This document shows, piece by piece, positions 1-8,538 of a DNA stretch of 64,000 nucleotides. Source of the DNA: an uncultured Candidatus Saccharibacteria bacterium (GTDB lineage: Bacteria > Patescibacteriota > Saccharimonadia > CAILAD01 > JADZBC01); assembly GCA_964436255.1 (NCBI GenBank), contig CAYTBW010000004.1, positions 2,685 to 66,684 on the forward strand, written 5' to 3'. Made by a program: the position numbers and the translations under genes. Each line of letters starts with the position of its first letter. Within the stretch, counting starts at the first letter, position 1. The notes beneath the pieces are model-generated. The model made no database searches. It saw only the letters and a program-made list of their open reading frames with translations, and was not told the DNA's origin.

Positions 1-1465
1 CCCCATACAGCTTCTTGAGGTAAGGGCCGCGCAGAATTCCGTCATTATGCTCACCGCACGTGGTCCCTTCAAGCCGTATAACAATTTTGTAAAACTCGTC
101 CATGAGCTCAAAGACTTTCTTTCGATCACGCAGACTTGATAGATTCAGGAATGGCTGTAAATGGAAGTTCGCGTTTCCGGCGTGACCCCATACGGCAACT
201 TGGATTTTGTATTTTTCGAACACTCTATAAATCTCGCTAAGAAATTCGGGCATGTTCTTCAGTGGCACTGCGCCGTCTTCGATAATCGGTAAAGCCTTTT
301 TAGGTCCGTTGTACATCCAAATAACTGCAGCGGCGCTTCGGCGAATCTTCCATAGCGCGGCCTGCTCCTCGGGGTCGGTCGCATAACCAGACTCATAGGC
401 AAGCACCTTAAAGACCTTAGCTACCTTATTCGCCTTACGTAGTCTGGTTGCAGACTTCACGTCGTCGAACTCAACAAGCAGCGCAACGGCCGGGAGTTTG
501 TCAGGTATTAAGCCATCAATAATATGATTGTGATGGTCTCGCAAGAACTTAAGCAAATGATAATCCACGACCTCAAGGGCACTGGGCCCTAGGGGCATGA
601 TCTTCTCGACTGCCTCTGCCATACTCTCAACGCTATCGAAGAATCCAGTCAGGAGGATTGTATGGGAATTGTATTTTTCGGTCCTGAACGTAGCCTCAGT
701 CACCACGCCTAGAGTTCCTTGTGAGCCAACAATCAACTGGGATAAATCAAAACTACCGCCTTTGCCCTTAACATCCCAAAGATTATAACCCGCTGAATTC
801 TTACTGGTTTGCGGAGCAGCACTATTCACTATCGCCTTGTTGGCAGTAAGCAAAGCATCCAGTTCGCGGTATATGTGACCTTCGAAGTCGTCCTGGCGCT
901 TCTTGGCCTTGAGCTCTTTGCGATTTAGACGGCGGGTGCTTATGACGTCCCCATTACTCAACACAACCCGCAAGCCCGTAACATAGTTACGTGTTGCACC
1001 ATACTTGATCGTCTTCTCGCCTGCCGAGTTGTTAGCCACCGCACCACCGATCGTTGCAAAATCTATACTAGCTGGATAAGGTGGCATCCACTGGCCGTGA
1101 CTCTTTAATATACCCTGCATGTGCTGATAAATCATGCCGGGCTCTACCGTGATCGAGCGCTTCCCCATTCGAACCATGCGCTTCATGTGAGCCGGGAGTA
1201 CGAGCATGGCGCCGTTGCCAAGCGCACCGCCGCCCTGATCTGTGCCTTTACCACGAGCAGTTAGGTCGATCTTGTTCCCAGATTTTGCCCTTGCCTCCAA
1301 ATACCGCACAGCCAGCACGACATCCCTTTCCGATTTTGGATAGATGATAAGCTCCGGGGTAATCTTAAAAACACTACCATCGGTTGAAAAATAATCCCTG
1401 GCTGCACTGTCCAAAGTTACTTCGCCAACAAGCAGCCTACTAAGATCCTCTACTACGCTCTTCAT
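1..1465 (-). CDS. FAD-binding oxidoreductase (FAD-linked oxidase, GlcD/D-lactate dehydrogenase-like); truncated by window edge
   Basis: Manual minus-strand translation from ATG at 1465: MKSVVEDLSRLLVGEVTLDSAARDYFSTDGSVFKITPELIIYPKSERDV...IVGSQGTLGVVTEATF...; open to position 1; not in ORF track because no stop inside window. Confidence 0.6.
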   Translation of the reverse strand, partial: MKSVVEDLSRLLVGEVTLDSAARDYFSTDGSVFKITPELIIYPKSERDVVLAVRYLEARAKSGNKIDLTARGKGTDQGGGALGNGAMLVLPAHMKRMVRMGKRSITVEPGMIYQHMQGILKSHGQWMPPYPASIDFATIGGAVANNSAGEKTIKYGATRNYVTGLRVVLSNGDVISTRRLNRKELKAKKRQDDFEGHIYRELDALLTANKAIVNSAAPQTSKNSAGYNLWDVKGKGGSFDLSQLIVGSQGTLGVVTEATFRTEKYNSHTILLTGFFDSVESMAEAVEKIMPLGPSALEVVDYHLLKFLRDHHNHIIDGLIPDKLPAVALLVEFDDVKSATRLRKANKVAKVFKVLAYESGYATDPEEQAALWKIRRSAAAVIWMYNGPKKALPIIEDGAVPLKNMPEFLSEIYRVFEKYKIQVAVWGHAGNANFHLQPFLNLSSLRDRKKVFELMDEFYKIVIRLEGTTCGEHNDGILRGPYLKKLYG

Positions 1466-1557
1466 AGCTACTAGTATACCAATTTTGCTTATGCTTGAGT
1501 ACCAATAATTGACTTTGATACATAAGCATTATATATTGATAGTAATTAGAGAATACT

Positions 1558-2427
1558 ATGCCAGCAAAACACAAAACTCGCCACGCGCATCAACACCCGC
1601 ACCACCACAAACACCTGGTGAGGCATCACAAGCCGAAACACCATAGTCCAATTCTCTATGTATTTATTGCCCTGTTTGCAATCTGCGGGCTCTACATCAT
1701 TTATCGAAGTCTAGCCGGCAGCTACATCGTCTATACCGATAACGTCGAATACTGGCGACCGCGCATTGCAGGCTGCGAAAGTGGCAGTGGGCCCAATAGC
1801 CAACCGCGATATACGGCCTTTAACGGAATAGCGCACTACGGTGCTTATCAATTCGACATTGGCACCTGGCGCAGCAATGTAAGTGCCGAAACAGCCGCCA
1901 TGTACCCTAAAGCATCTGATGCCCCTCCAGCTGTACAAGACGAGGCATTCCGCTCTACTTTTGCTAAACGCGGCACGCAGCCATGGAACGCATCGTATTA
2001 CTGCTGGTCTACGGCAGCCCGCCCGACACCTGTTCCCCTAGCCCTGCCGGACATTCTGCCTATCATCCCAGCTGCTTCGTATAATGTGTCCGTGACTGGC
2101 CAAGTTACCCTAGACGGACAGCCTAAAGAAGGTATTACTCTACAAACCTGTTACGAAGAATTCACGGTCAAGACCGATGCCGAAGGCAAGTTCACCCTAA
2201 GCCTGCCGAGCGGTACAAACTTCTGCCTTAGACCCACCAGTGGCGTCCCAGAAGGCTACCAGTTGACCAAAACTACGAACAATCCGGAGCAAAACAAGAA
2301 CAGCACCTTCGAAAACCAACGAGCGGGTGTCGGCGCCTATCGAAACATATTCTATCTATTCAGCCCTTACTACACCTGGGATCGCAACACCGACAAGGGA
2401 TATAACTTCATCTACACCAAGGTCTAA
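1558..2427 (+). CDS. Rpf-like transglycosylase-domain protein with His-rich N-terminus and one TM helix
   Basis: ORF track 289 aa; motif CESGSGPN...GAYQFDIGTW matches resuscitation-promoting-factor/transglycosylase-like fold; TM segment ILYVFIALFAICGLYIIY. Confidence 0.6.
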   Translation: MPAKHKTRHAHQHPHHHKHLVRHHKPKHHSPILYVFIALFAICGLYIIYRSLAGSYIVYTDNVEYWRPRIAGCESGSGPNSQPRYTAFNGIAHYGAYQFDIGTWRSNVSAETAAMYPKASDAPPAVQDEAFRSTFAKRGTQPWNASYYCWSTAARPTPVPLALPDILPIIPAASYNVSVTGQVTLDGQPKEGITLQTCYEEFTVKTDAEGKFTLSLPSGTNFCLRPTSGVPEGYQLTKTTNNPEQNKNSTFENQRAGVGAYRNIFYLFSPYYTWDRNTDKGYNFIYTKV

Positions 2428-2849
2428 GGCAACAGCGGCCAGTACGTGAGCTGCTTTTCGCAGGCTGCTTGAAACTCAAGCTCGTTCAGACCATACCGCT
2501 TGGCAATGGAGTGTAGTTTCGCGACTTTCCTAGGATTACGAACTTCATCGACCTGCTTGGAGGAACCGAGCCTCCTTCCAGCTCGTCGAAAAAAGAACCA
2601 ACGGCTTGTGTACTTTGGGTACATATAGACCATCCCGAGGGCATATCGCCAGCCCGACATTGGAAACTTAATACTGTGTCCGCTCCACCGAGCACGAGAA
2701 CAGGTGTAGACCACATCGCTTAACTCAGACCACTTCATAATTATGCCTTGAGCGGCTCGATACTCTTCTAGTTCCTCCGCCATATCTTGCTCGTGCCAAG
2801 CGCGATCTTCCTTCGGCATATTGAGCATGTTGTGCCATAGCTTGATCAT
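2424..2849 (-). CDS. hypothetical protein
   Basis: 141-aa ORF convergent with Rpf-like gene, 46 nt downstream of tRNA-Leu; no family recognised. Confidence 0.4.
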   Translation of the reverse strand: MIKLWHNMLNMPKEDRAWHEQDMAEELEEYRAAQGIIMKWSELSDVVYTCSRARWSGHSIKFPMSGWRYALGMVYMYPKYTSRWFFFRRAGRRLGSSKQVDEVRNPRKVAKLHSIAKRYGLNELEFQAACEKQLTYWPLLP

Positions 2850-2895
2850 GAATAATTGGCCCTCTGGATTTATGTAAGCCGAACTTAATAATTAC

Positions 2896-2981
2896 TGGTA
2901 CCGCGGAGAGGACTCGAACCTCCACAGGATTGCTCCCACTAGAACCTGAATCTAGCGTGTCTACCATTCCACCACCGCGGC
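2896..2981 (-). tRNA. tRNA-Leu (anticodon CAG), long variable arm, CCA encoded
   Basis: Minus-strand read GCCGCGGTGGTGGAATGGTAGACACGCTAGATTCAGGTTCTAGTGGGAGCAATCCTGTGGAGGTTCGAGTCCTCTCCGCGGTACCA; anticodon loop TTCAGGT; T-loop GGTTCGAGTCC. Confidence 0.85.
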
Positions 2982-3070
2982 TCAATTAAAGTTACTGTGC
3001 AGTTTAACGTCATACTGGACGAAAAACACCCCGACACGCTGGTGTCTACGTCTATTTACGTTTCACGCAG

Positions 3071-3085
3071 CACCACCGCGGCTCA
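3071..3085. repeat. 15-bp direct repeat of the tRNA-Leu 5' end (caccaccgcggctca), preceded by a degenerate copy of the D-arm segment
   Basis: Identical 15-mer at 2970-2984 (inside tRNA) and 3071-3085; spacer carries gtgtctac also found in the tRNA. Confidence 0.5.
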
Positions 3086-3162
3086 TTTATAACAAATGGG
3101 GGCTCTTATGTCATTGCCGAACGTATAGCATTGTACTACAGAGGGTCTTGCCCAGTATAGAC

Positions 3163-4890
3163 TTAGCGTGCGTCACGTTTCAAAACACGAACTCGCTTCA
3201 TGAACCACGTCTCGATGTTATTAAACCTATCGCTCGGCTCGGAGATCTTACCCGCATCCGCCCCCTCCACACGGACATCTTGGCCGTAAAGATACAGCGG
3301 ACTATAAAGAAGTGCGGCGGGCACATCCTTTGACCACACATCCAGGAAGGAAGCAAACTTTGCGGCTCGCGTATTCGGGTCACGACTCAAGCGTGCTGCC
3401 TCTAGTAACTTATCTGCCTCAACGCTCTTATAATTAGATATGTTCAGCCCAGGGTCAGCAATCTGACTTGAGTGCCAGAACGAATACGCATCCGAATCTA
3501 TGCCTACGTTCTGACCATAGAGTAGCAAGTCGTAGTTTCGTGGTCGGACGTGATTTTGCTGCAGGCTGACGATGTCGGTTTCTTTGATTTCTACTGGTAC
3601 GCCAACGAGCTCTAATTGTTGAGCAATCTGCCTTGCTACTGTGCTATACTCCGGCGACTTAAGAGTAACCAGGCGCAATGGCTTTGTCGTTTTATTAGCC
3701 TGTAAAACCTTGGATGCGGCTACCTGATCATGCTGATAGCGAACAGCTTTTGGGTTGAATCCAGCCTGGCCGGGGAGTATTGGGTAGTACACCGGCACAG
3801 CTCGGCTCGAGAGTGAGCCAGCGATGATACTATCTCGGTCAATCGCCTGCGTTATTGCCTGCCGTACAGAAGTATTGGCGAGGTAAGACGTCTTAGTATT
3901 ATAGAACAGCCCTACGTAGGCCGGCAAACTATATTCGTATATCTTCAGGCTTTCATTCTTTTCTGCAGCTCGAAGCTGGTTGGGATTAAGCTGAGAGATT
4001 CCCATAATCTGCTTACGAGCATAGCCGTCGAGCAGTGCCGCAGGGGTCGTATAAAGCGCGAAGTGAACCTCGTCCATCTTTGGGCGTCCTCGGTAATATT
4101 CCGAGTTAGCACGCAAGGTAATGAGTCCCAAATCGCTACCGAAGTCGTCAAGCACATAGGGGCCGGTACCAATTGGTCTTTGGCTAAAAGGGTTAACCCT
4201 AAGTTGTGAAAGCTGGATTGAATCAAGCAAATGGCTTGGCAATATGCCTACCGTAGTTGCAGATAGAAATGCTGTATAGCTATTTGGCAAGACAAACTTA
4301 ATCGTCTGCTCGTTCACCACTTCGTACTTTATGCCCTGCCAATTGTAGGCCAGCGGAGACTTGCTATCCGGGTTCTGTATGGCGGCTACCGTGAATGCGA
4401 CGTCCTTAGCGGTAAACGGTTGACCATCGTGCCACTTTACGTCCTTACGGAGATAGAACGTATAACTCTTTTGATCTGCTGAGATATCCCAACGCTCAGC
4501 CAGATCAGGCTCTATCTTGCGATCGCTGCCAACCTTTGTTAAGCCATTAAAGATCAATCTATTTACGTCGCTTGTGGCAGTGTTCTCGGGCAGGATGGGG
4601 TTCAAAATCCTAACTTCCCCTAATAAACCTTCGGTGTATACTCCCCCTTGAACTGGCTGCGTGGTGACAAAAAATGTATCCAAGCTGCCTATTCCTGCAA
4701 CTACACCCCAAACAGATACCGCAACGACAACGAGCCAGGATACAAACATCCACCGCATTGGGCCAAGCTTCTGCCACGCTCCATATACGTGCCTTTCGAG
4801 ATAGTTGCTAAGCCAACGTCGGCCAACCCATAATTGCTTGCGTAAACGGCGGGACTGTCTATGCCACCTAAACTTTATATAGGACCACAT
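3163..4890 (-). CDS. ABC transporter substrate-binding protein (family 5, oligopeptide/dipeptide-binding type)
   Basis: 575-aa ORF; family-5 solute-binding signatures; probable real start at MRWMFVSWLVVVAV (about 4758), a signal anchor. Confidence 0.75.
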   Translation of the reverse strand: MWSYIKFRWHRQSRRLRKQLWVGRRWLSNYLERHVYGAWQKLGPMRWMFVSWLVVVAVSVWGVVAGIGSLDTFFVTTQPVQGGVYTEGLLGEVRILNPILPENTATSDVNRLIFNGLTKVGSDRKIEPDLAERWDISADQKSYTFYLRKDVKWHDGQPFTAKDVAFTVAAIQNPDSKSPLAYNWQGIKYEVVNEQTIKFVLPNSYTAFLSATTVGILPSHLLDSIQLSQLRVNPFSQRPIGTGPYVLDDFGSDLGLITLRANSEYYRGRPKMDEVHFALYTTPAALLDGYARKQIMGISQLNPNQLRAAEKNESLKIYEYSLPAYVGLFYNTKTSYLANTSVRQAITQAIDRDSIIAGSLSSRAVPVYYPILPGQAGFNPKAVRYQHDQVAASKVLQANKTTKPLRLVTLKSPEYSTVARQIAQQLELVGVPVEIKETDIVSLQQNHVRPRNYDLLLYGQNVGIDSDAYSFWHSSQIADPGLNISNYKSVEADKLLEAARLSRDPNTRAAKFASFLDVWSKDVPAALLYSPLYLYGQDVRVEGADAGKISEPSDRFNNIETWFMKRVRVLKRDAR

Positions 4891-5108
4891 TACTTAACAA
4901 CGAGACCGCCCAATAAGCTCCCGACAAAGATAATAGCGATCACGATGGTAGCGTAAAATAAAGCCTTCTCTGCACCGCGCTTAGACCTATAGAAGTTTCC
5001 TTCGCCTCCCCACGCACCACCTAGGCCTGCACCTTGGTTCTGCAAAAGTATTACTACGGTCAAGAGCACCGCGCTAATTAGGGTTACGTACTGTAGGATT
5101 TGCTTCAT
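4890..5108 (-). CDS. secG: preprotein translocase subunit SecG
   Basis: 72 aa, two TM helices, LLQNQGAGLGGAWGGEG glycine-rich loop typical of SecG. Confidence 0.65.
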   Translation of the reverse strand: MKQILQYVTLISAVLLTVVILLQNQGAGLGGAWGGEGNFYRSKRGAEKALFYATIVIAIIFVGSLLGGLVVK

Positions 5109-5461
5109 GCTTTTTCCTCCTTTATTAAACTAACTGCGGCATAGTTCACGAGCCAAACTATAGTGACCGCACCGAGTGCTGACCAGATTGACGTTATATC
5201 AAACGGCTTATAGATAGCACTTGTCAGGTAAAGCATAGCGGTATTAACTATAAGTGTAAAGAGCCCCAGCGTAAGCATTATAGCGGGCAATGAGAGTATG
5301 ATCGCCAAAGGTCGGATTAATGCATTAACTAAACCGAATATTAAACTCGCGACGATCAGTACTCGAAGCTTATCTTGATATTGAATCCCAGAAAACAATT
5401 GAGCAGCTATGGTGAGGCCGATAAAGTTCGCCGCCCAACTATATAGAAAGCGTTTTAGCAT
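5105..5461 (-). CDS. DUF360 / phage-holin-4-like small membrane protein
   Basis: 118 aa, four predicted TM helices, resembles the YvlD-type family. Confidence 0.45.
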   Translation of the reverse strand: MLKRFLYSWAANFIGLTIAAQLFSGIQYQDKLRVLIVASLIFGLVNALIRPLAIILSLPAIMLTLGLFTLIVNTAMLYLTSAIYKPFDITSIWSALGAVTIVWLVNYAAVSLIKEEKA

Positions 5462-5480
5462 TCATTAATTATACCATATA

Positions 5481-6971
5481 TCAGGTGTGACGCTTAGATC
5501 CTGAACTATGGATTGACTCATATATTAGACCCGCTTTTACGCCAACTATTTTCTCCAATTCAACCAAGGAAGCCTCTCGCACGCCACTCACACTGCCGAA
5601 GCTACGGACTAACTTTCGCCGAGTAACCGGCCCCACCCCTGGTATTGAATCAAGTAGCGATGTCTTGGTCCTTTTGTCTCTCAGATGAGTGTGGTAGCTA
5701 ACCGCAAAACGGTGTGCCTCATCCCTCACCCGCTGCAAAAGCTGGAGCGACGGTGAGCTATGTTTAATTCTTAACGTCGTGAAGGCCTCCTCCTCCAATA
5801 GCTCATCACCTTCTTGCGGCCTTATAGTGGCCGTAGAGGAAACTTGGTCCTTAATACGCACCACCTCTTCGTAGCGCTTTGCCAAACCGAAACGCGCTAT
5901 GTTAATCCCGAGCTCCTCTAAAACCTCGCTGGCCGCCGAAAGCTGGCCTTTGCCGCCGTCGATCAGTATTAAGTCCGGCTTCCTCCAATCATGCTTTCCG
6001 CTAAAGCGTCGGCGCATTGTCTCTGCCATCATAGCAAAATCATTTGGACCTTTTGTCCGCATTTTAAAGTGCCGATATTCCCGCTGATCGGGCAGTCCGT
6101 TTGTAAAAACAATCATACTACTCACGGCGTCACCGCCAGCAAAGTTCGATATATCATAAGCCTCAATCCTCCCCGGGGGACCGCTCAGCCCAAACCGATC
6201 GCTCAGCCCATTAAGGGCCTGATCGAGCGTAAAATCGAACGTCTCCTCTTTGCCGAACACACTCTTCTGGGAGAGAGATTTTAATGCCAAGTATTGGTCG
6301 CGCAACTTCGCTGCTTCCTCGAACCTCTTGGCCTTAGCAGCCTTCTTCATCGCGCCCTCAATCTCTCGAATGAGCTTCATGCTATCACCCCTAAGGATCA
6401 TAGTGAGTTTGCGTAAGTTAGCTTTATAGTCCGCCGAGCTTATATCTGGAGCCGGTGAAACACCGATTTGATGTTGCAATGCACTCACCTTGGGCCAAGC
6501 TGCGTCTGTGATGTAAGGGAATATTCTGCGCAGATACCGCATAGCTGAACGAACGCTTCCGCCGGATACAAATGGGCCAAAGTACGTCGCCTTATCGTCT
6601 TGTGGCCTACGGACATAACTCACACGAGGAAAGTCTTCCTGCGTAGTAATCTTAATATAGAGGAAGTTTTTGTCATCACGCAGCTCGACGTTATAGAGGG
6701 GCTTATGACGCTTAACGAGTTCTGATTCTAAGAACAATGCCTCAATTTCCGAGCTCGTTACAATCCAGTCGACGTCGGCTATGTTCTCTACAAGTATCGG
6801 TGTTTTTGTGTCTTTGTGATGTTTTTGAAAATACGAAGATACCCTACGTTTTAAGATGGAAGCTTTTCCCACATAGATAATTTTACCCTTCGCATCTTTA
6901 TAGAGATATACACCTGGCTCTGCAGGGAGCTGCTTGAGCTTGTCTTTAAGCTGTTGGTTCATAAGATCCAT
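5481..6971 (-). CDS. uvrC: excinuclease ABC subunit C (short form)
   Basis: N-terminal GIY-YIG (GVYLYKDAKGKIIYVGKA), UvrBC-interaction region, C-terminal HhH (LLDSIPGVGPVTRRKL). Confidence 0.9.
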   Translation of the reverse strand: MDLMNQQLKDKLKQLPAEPGVYLYKDAKGKIIYVGKASILKRRVSSYFQKHHKDTKTPILVENIADVDWIVTSSEIEALFLESELVKRHKPLYNVELRDDKNFLYIKITTQEDFPRVSYVRRPQDDKATYFGPFVSGGSVRSAMRYLRRIFPYITDAAWPKVSALQHQIGVSPAPDISSADYKANLRKLTMILRGDSMKLIREIEGAMKKAAKAKRFEEAAKLRDQYLALKSLSQKSVFGKEETFDFTLDQALNGLSDRFGLSGPPGRIEAYDISNFAGGDAVSSMIVFTNGLPDQREYRHFKMRTKGPNDFAMMAETMRRRFSGKHDWRKPDLILIDGGKGQLSAASEVLEELGINIARFGLAKRYEEVVRIKDQVSSTATIRPQEGDELLEEEAFTTLRIKHSSPSLQLLQRVRDEAHRFAVSYHTHLRDKRTKTSLLDSIPGVGPVTRRKLVRSFGSVSGVREASLVELEKIVGVKAGLIYESIHSSGSKRHT

Positions 6972-7002
6972 TATATCAACTATTGCTAGTTTCTAATATG
7001 CA

Positions 7003-7031
7003 TTGCATAACTGTTTCGCCTGGGCTATACT
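7003..7031 (+). promoter_or_regulatory. sigma70-like promoter TTGCAT-17-TATACT, divergent from uvrC
   Basis: TTGCAT 7003-7008, 17-nt spacer, TATACT 7026-7031; followed by GGAGG at 7058-7062. Confidence 0.45.
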
Positions 7032-7142
7032 CTAGTTGTCCCGTCCATTCGAGCCCTGGAGGCAAAGATCCTTACCAAACAGTCCCTTATCTTCCAGCTG
7101 CAACTTGCCCTCCACGGTGAGCACGACAGTCTGGTTCCGCAC

Positions 7143-7451
7143 TTGGCCCTCGTTCTATCTGACATCCTGGTGGCCCAGCGCGAGATGCTCACAATCGTAT
7201 CCACTGAGTCGGCGACAGAGGAGGAACGGCCCGACGAACCACCATGGGAGCTTCTCGATGCTCAGGCTCGCATTGCTGCTCGCTTCGATCAAGCTGTGCA
7301 CCGCTTCGGGGACAAGTTGAACATAGAACACTTCTCCGACCTGGTTCAACGTTCACTCGGCAGCGCTGAAGAAAACGGCGGTCACGAGCGAGAACGCATC
7401 CTGCGCGAGATCGCCGCCGAGCACAACACCACGCCCATCGAGCGTCCTTGA
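7143..7451 (+). CDS. hypothetical acidic protein in GC-rich island; start uncertain
   Basis: ORF track (TTG start at 7143). Reading frame is open from 7011; a GGAGG lies 5 nt before in-frame ATC at 7068; alternative ATG at 7185. GC about 57% vs about 46% in flanks. Confidence 0.4.
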   Translation: MALVLSDILVAQREMLTIVSTESATEEERPDEPPWELLDAQARIAARFDQAVHRFGDKLNIEHFSDLVQRSLGSAEENGGHERERILREIAAEHNTTPIERP

Positions 7452-7452
7452 A

Positions 7453-7491
7453 GGGTCGCAGTAACAACCGTTACTGCGACCCTTTCCCTTT
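7453..7491 (+). terminator. rho-independent terminator
   Basis: GGGTCGCAGTAAC-aaccg-GTTACTGCGACCC followed by TTTCCCTTT, immediately after TGA at 7449-7451. Confidence 0.7.
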
Positions 7492-7516
7492 GATAACTAC
7501 TTTTTGTCATAGTGTA

Positions 7517-7545
7517 TTGACATTATTTGCAAACTGTGCTATCAT
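7517..7545 (+). promoter_or_regulatory. sigma70-like promoter TTGACA-17-TGcTATCAT (extended -10)
   Basis: TTGACA 7517-7522, 17-nt spacer, TG at 7537-7538, TATCAT 7540-7545; in AT-rich 140-bp spacer inside the island. Confidence 0.6.
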
Positions 7546-7575
7546 ATTTGGCACGTTCCTAGTTTTTCTACTTTG

Positions 7576-7585
7576 AATGTACATT
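7576..7585. promoter_or_regulatory. 10-bp perfect palindrome AATGTACATT just downstream of predicted TSS
   Basis: Read directly: gaATGTACATtt. Confidence 0.35.
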
Positions 7586-7603
7586 TAAAACCGACTACTT
7601 ATT

Positions 7604-7619
7604 GTCAATATGTATTGAC
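7604..7619. promoter_or_regulatory. operator-like inverted repeat GTCAATA-tg-TATTGAC
   Basis: 7-bp perfect arms; half-site TATTGAC also overlaps the -35 at 7515-7521; followed by TTGACtcTTGAC direct repeat. Confidence 0.45.
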
Positions 7620-7724
7620 TCTTGACCTGCGGATACCTGTAAAGCAACGCCTGCTTTGCGGCTATCCGTACTGGCCAAGAGTCTGCCAACGGAATTCACC
7701 CCAAAAGACTCACTTGGAGGGCCC

Positions 7725-8489
7725 ATGGCCATCACCGAAGACACCCAGTCCATCCTCGCGATCACCGCGACCGACACCGCCAAGGAGGCGATCATCATCG
7801 CCCTCGCGGGCGGTGTGCGGTTCCAGACCGTCGACGAGGCCCTGGCCTGGTCGGAGACGGCCCAGGCGGCCAAGTACCTGTTCGGCACCCACTCGAGCGC
7901 TGCGAGGAACCTCTTCCAGCTGCGCGAGCAGCTGAAGCGGGAGAAGTCGGCCCAGAGCGCCCTGGCGCGCCTGAACCGACTGTGGCTCAACGGCACCGTG
8001 CAGACGGCGCTGTGGAAGGCCTTCGTCCGCGAGGACATCCGCAAGGCCCTCGTGGCCGAGCTGAAGGAGGCCAGCCGCAAGGACATCGAGGCCCGCAACG
8101 CGGTCCTCGAGAAGGTCATTGCCCGGCTGGACGCCAAGGATGCCGAGGAGACCGAGAAGGAGGAGCTGATCGCCCAGATCAAGCCCCTCGTCGAGGACTC
8201 CTACTTCCTGAACGTCATCGTCGGCCGGGACAGCCTGCGACCCGACAGCCTGCGGGCGATCGACAAGATCATCGCCGGCAAGGGTGTGAGCGTCCACCTC
8301 GGGCAGCTGCGCGGCCTGGCCAAGCACCTCGGCAACATCCACCGCAGCTCCTCCGGGAGCGACGGTGGCCGCCGTGGCAAGGGCAAGGACCCGCGCAAGG
8401 CCGAGAAGGCGGCGCGTGACCGGGCGATCCGGGCACGGATGCACCAGCCCAAGGGCCAGGAACCGTCCAAGCACGGCAAGAAGAAGTAG
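7725..8489 (+). CDS. hypothetical protein (254 aa) with central coiled-coil and Lys/Arg-rich C-terminal tail; GC-rich island
   Basis: GGAGG 7716-7720, ATG 7725 (in frame with track ORF 7656..8489); tail GRRGKGKDPRKAEKAARDRAIRARMHQPKGQEPSKHGKKK; GC about 62%. Confidence 0.55.
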   Translation: MAITEDTQSILAITATDTAKEAIIIALAGGVRFQTVDEALAWSETAQAAKYLFGTHSSAARNLFQLREQLKREKSAQSALARLNRLWLNGTVQTALWKAFVREDIRKALVAELKEASRKDIEARNAVLEKVIARLDAKDAEETEKEELIAQIKPLVEDSYFLNVIVGRDSLRPDSLRAIDKIIAGKGVSVHLGQLRGLAKHLGNIHRSSSGSDGGRRGKGKDPRKAEKAARDRAIRARMHQPKGQEPSKHGKKK

Positions 8490-8497
8490 TCGGCCTA

Positions 8498-8538
8498 GCC
8501 GGATCCACCAGAGCAGCGTTGCTCTAGGTGGATCCGGC
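8498..8538 (+). terminator. long GC-rich hairpin (18-bp stem, one bulge) after island gene, no U-tract
   Basis: GCCGGATCCACCAGAGCA-gcgt-TGCTCTAGGTGGATCCGGC; second hairpin CCCGACC...GGTCGGG at 8539-8577 enclosing TAGAC-ata-GTCTA. Confidence 0.5.

Noticed and set aside
597-788. 63-aa ORF (597..788+) and other small antisense ORFs listed in the track within large genes (uvrA, smc, leuS, pcrA and others)
   Set aside because: They are embedded antisense to well-supported long genes and lack start signals. Considered spurious.
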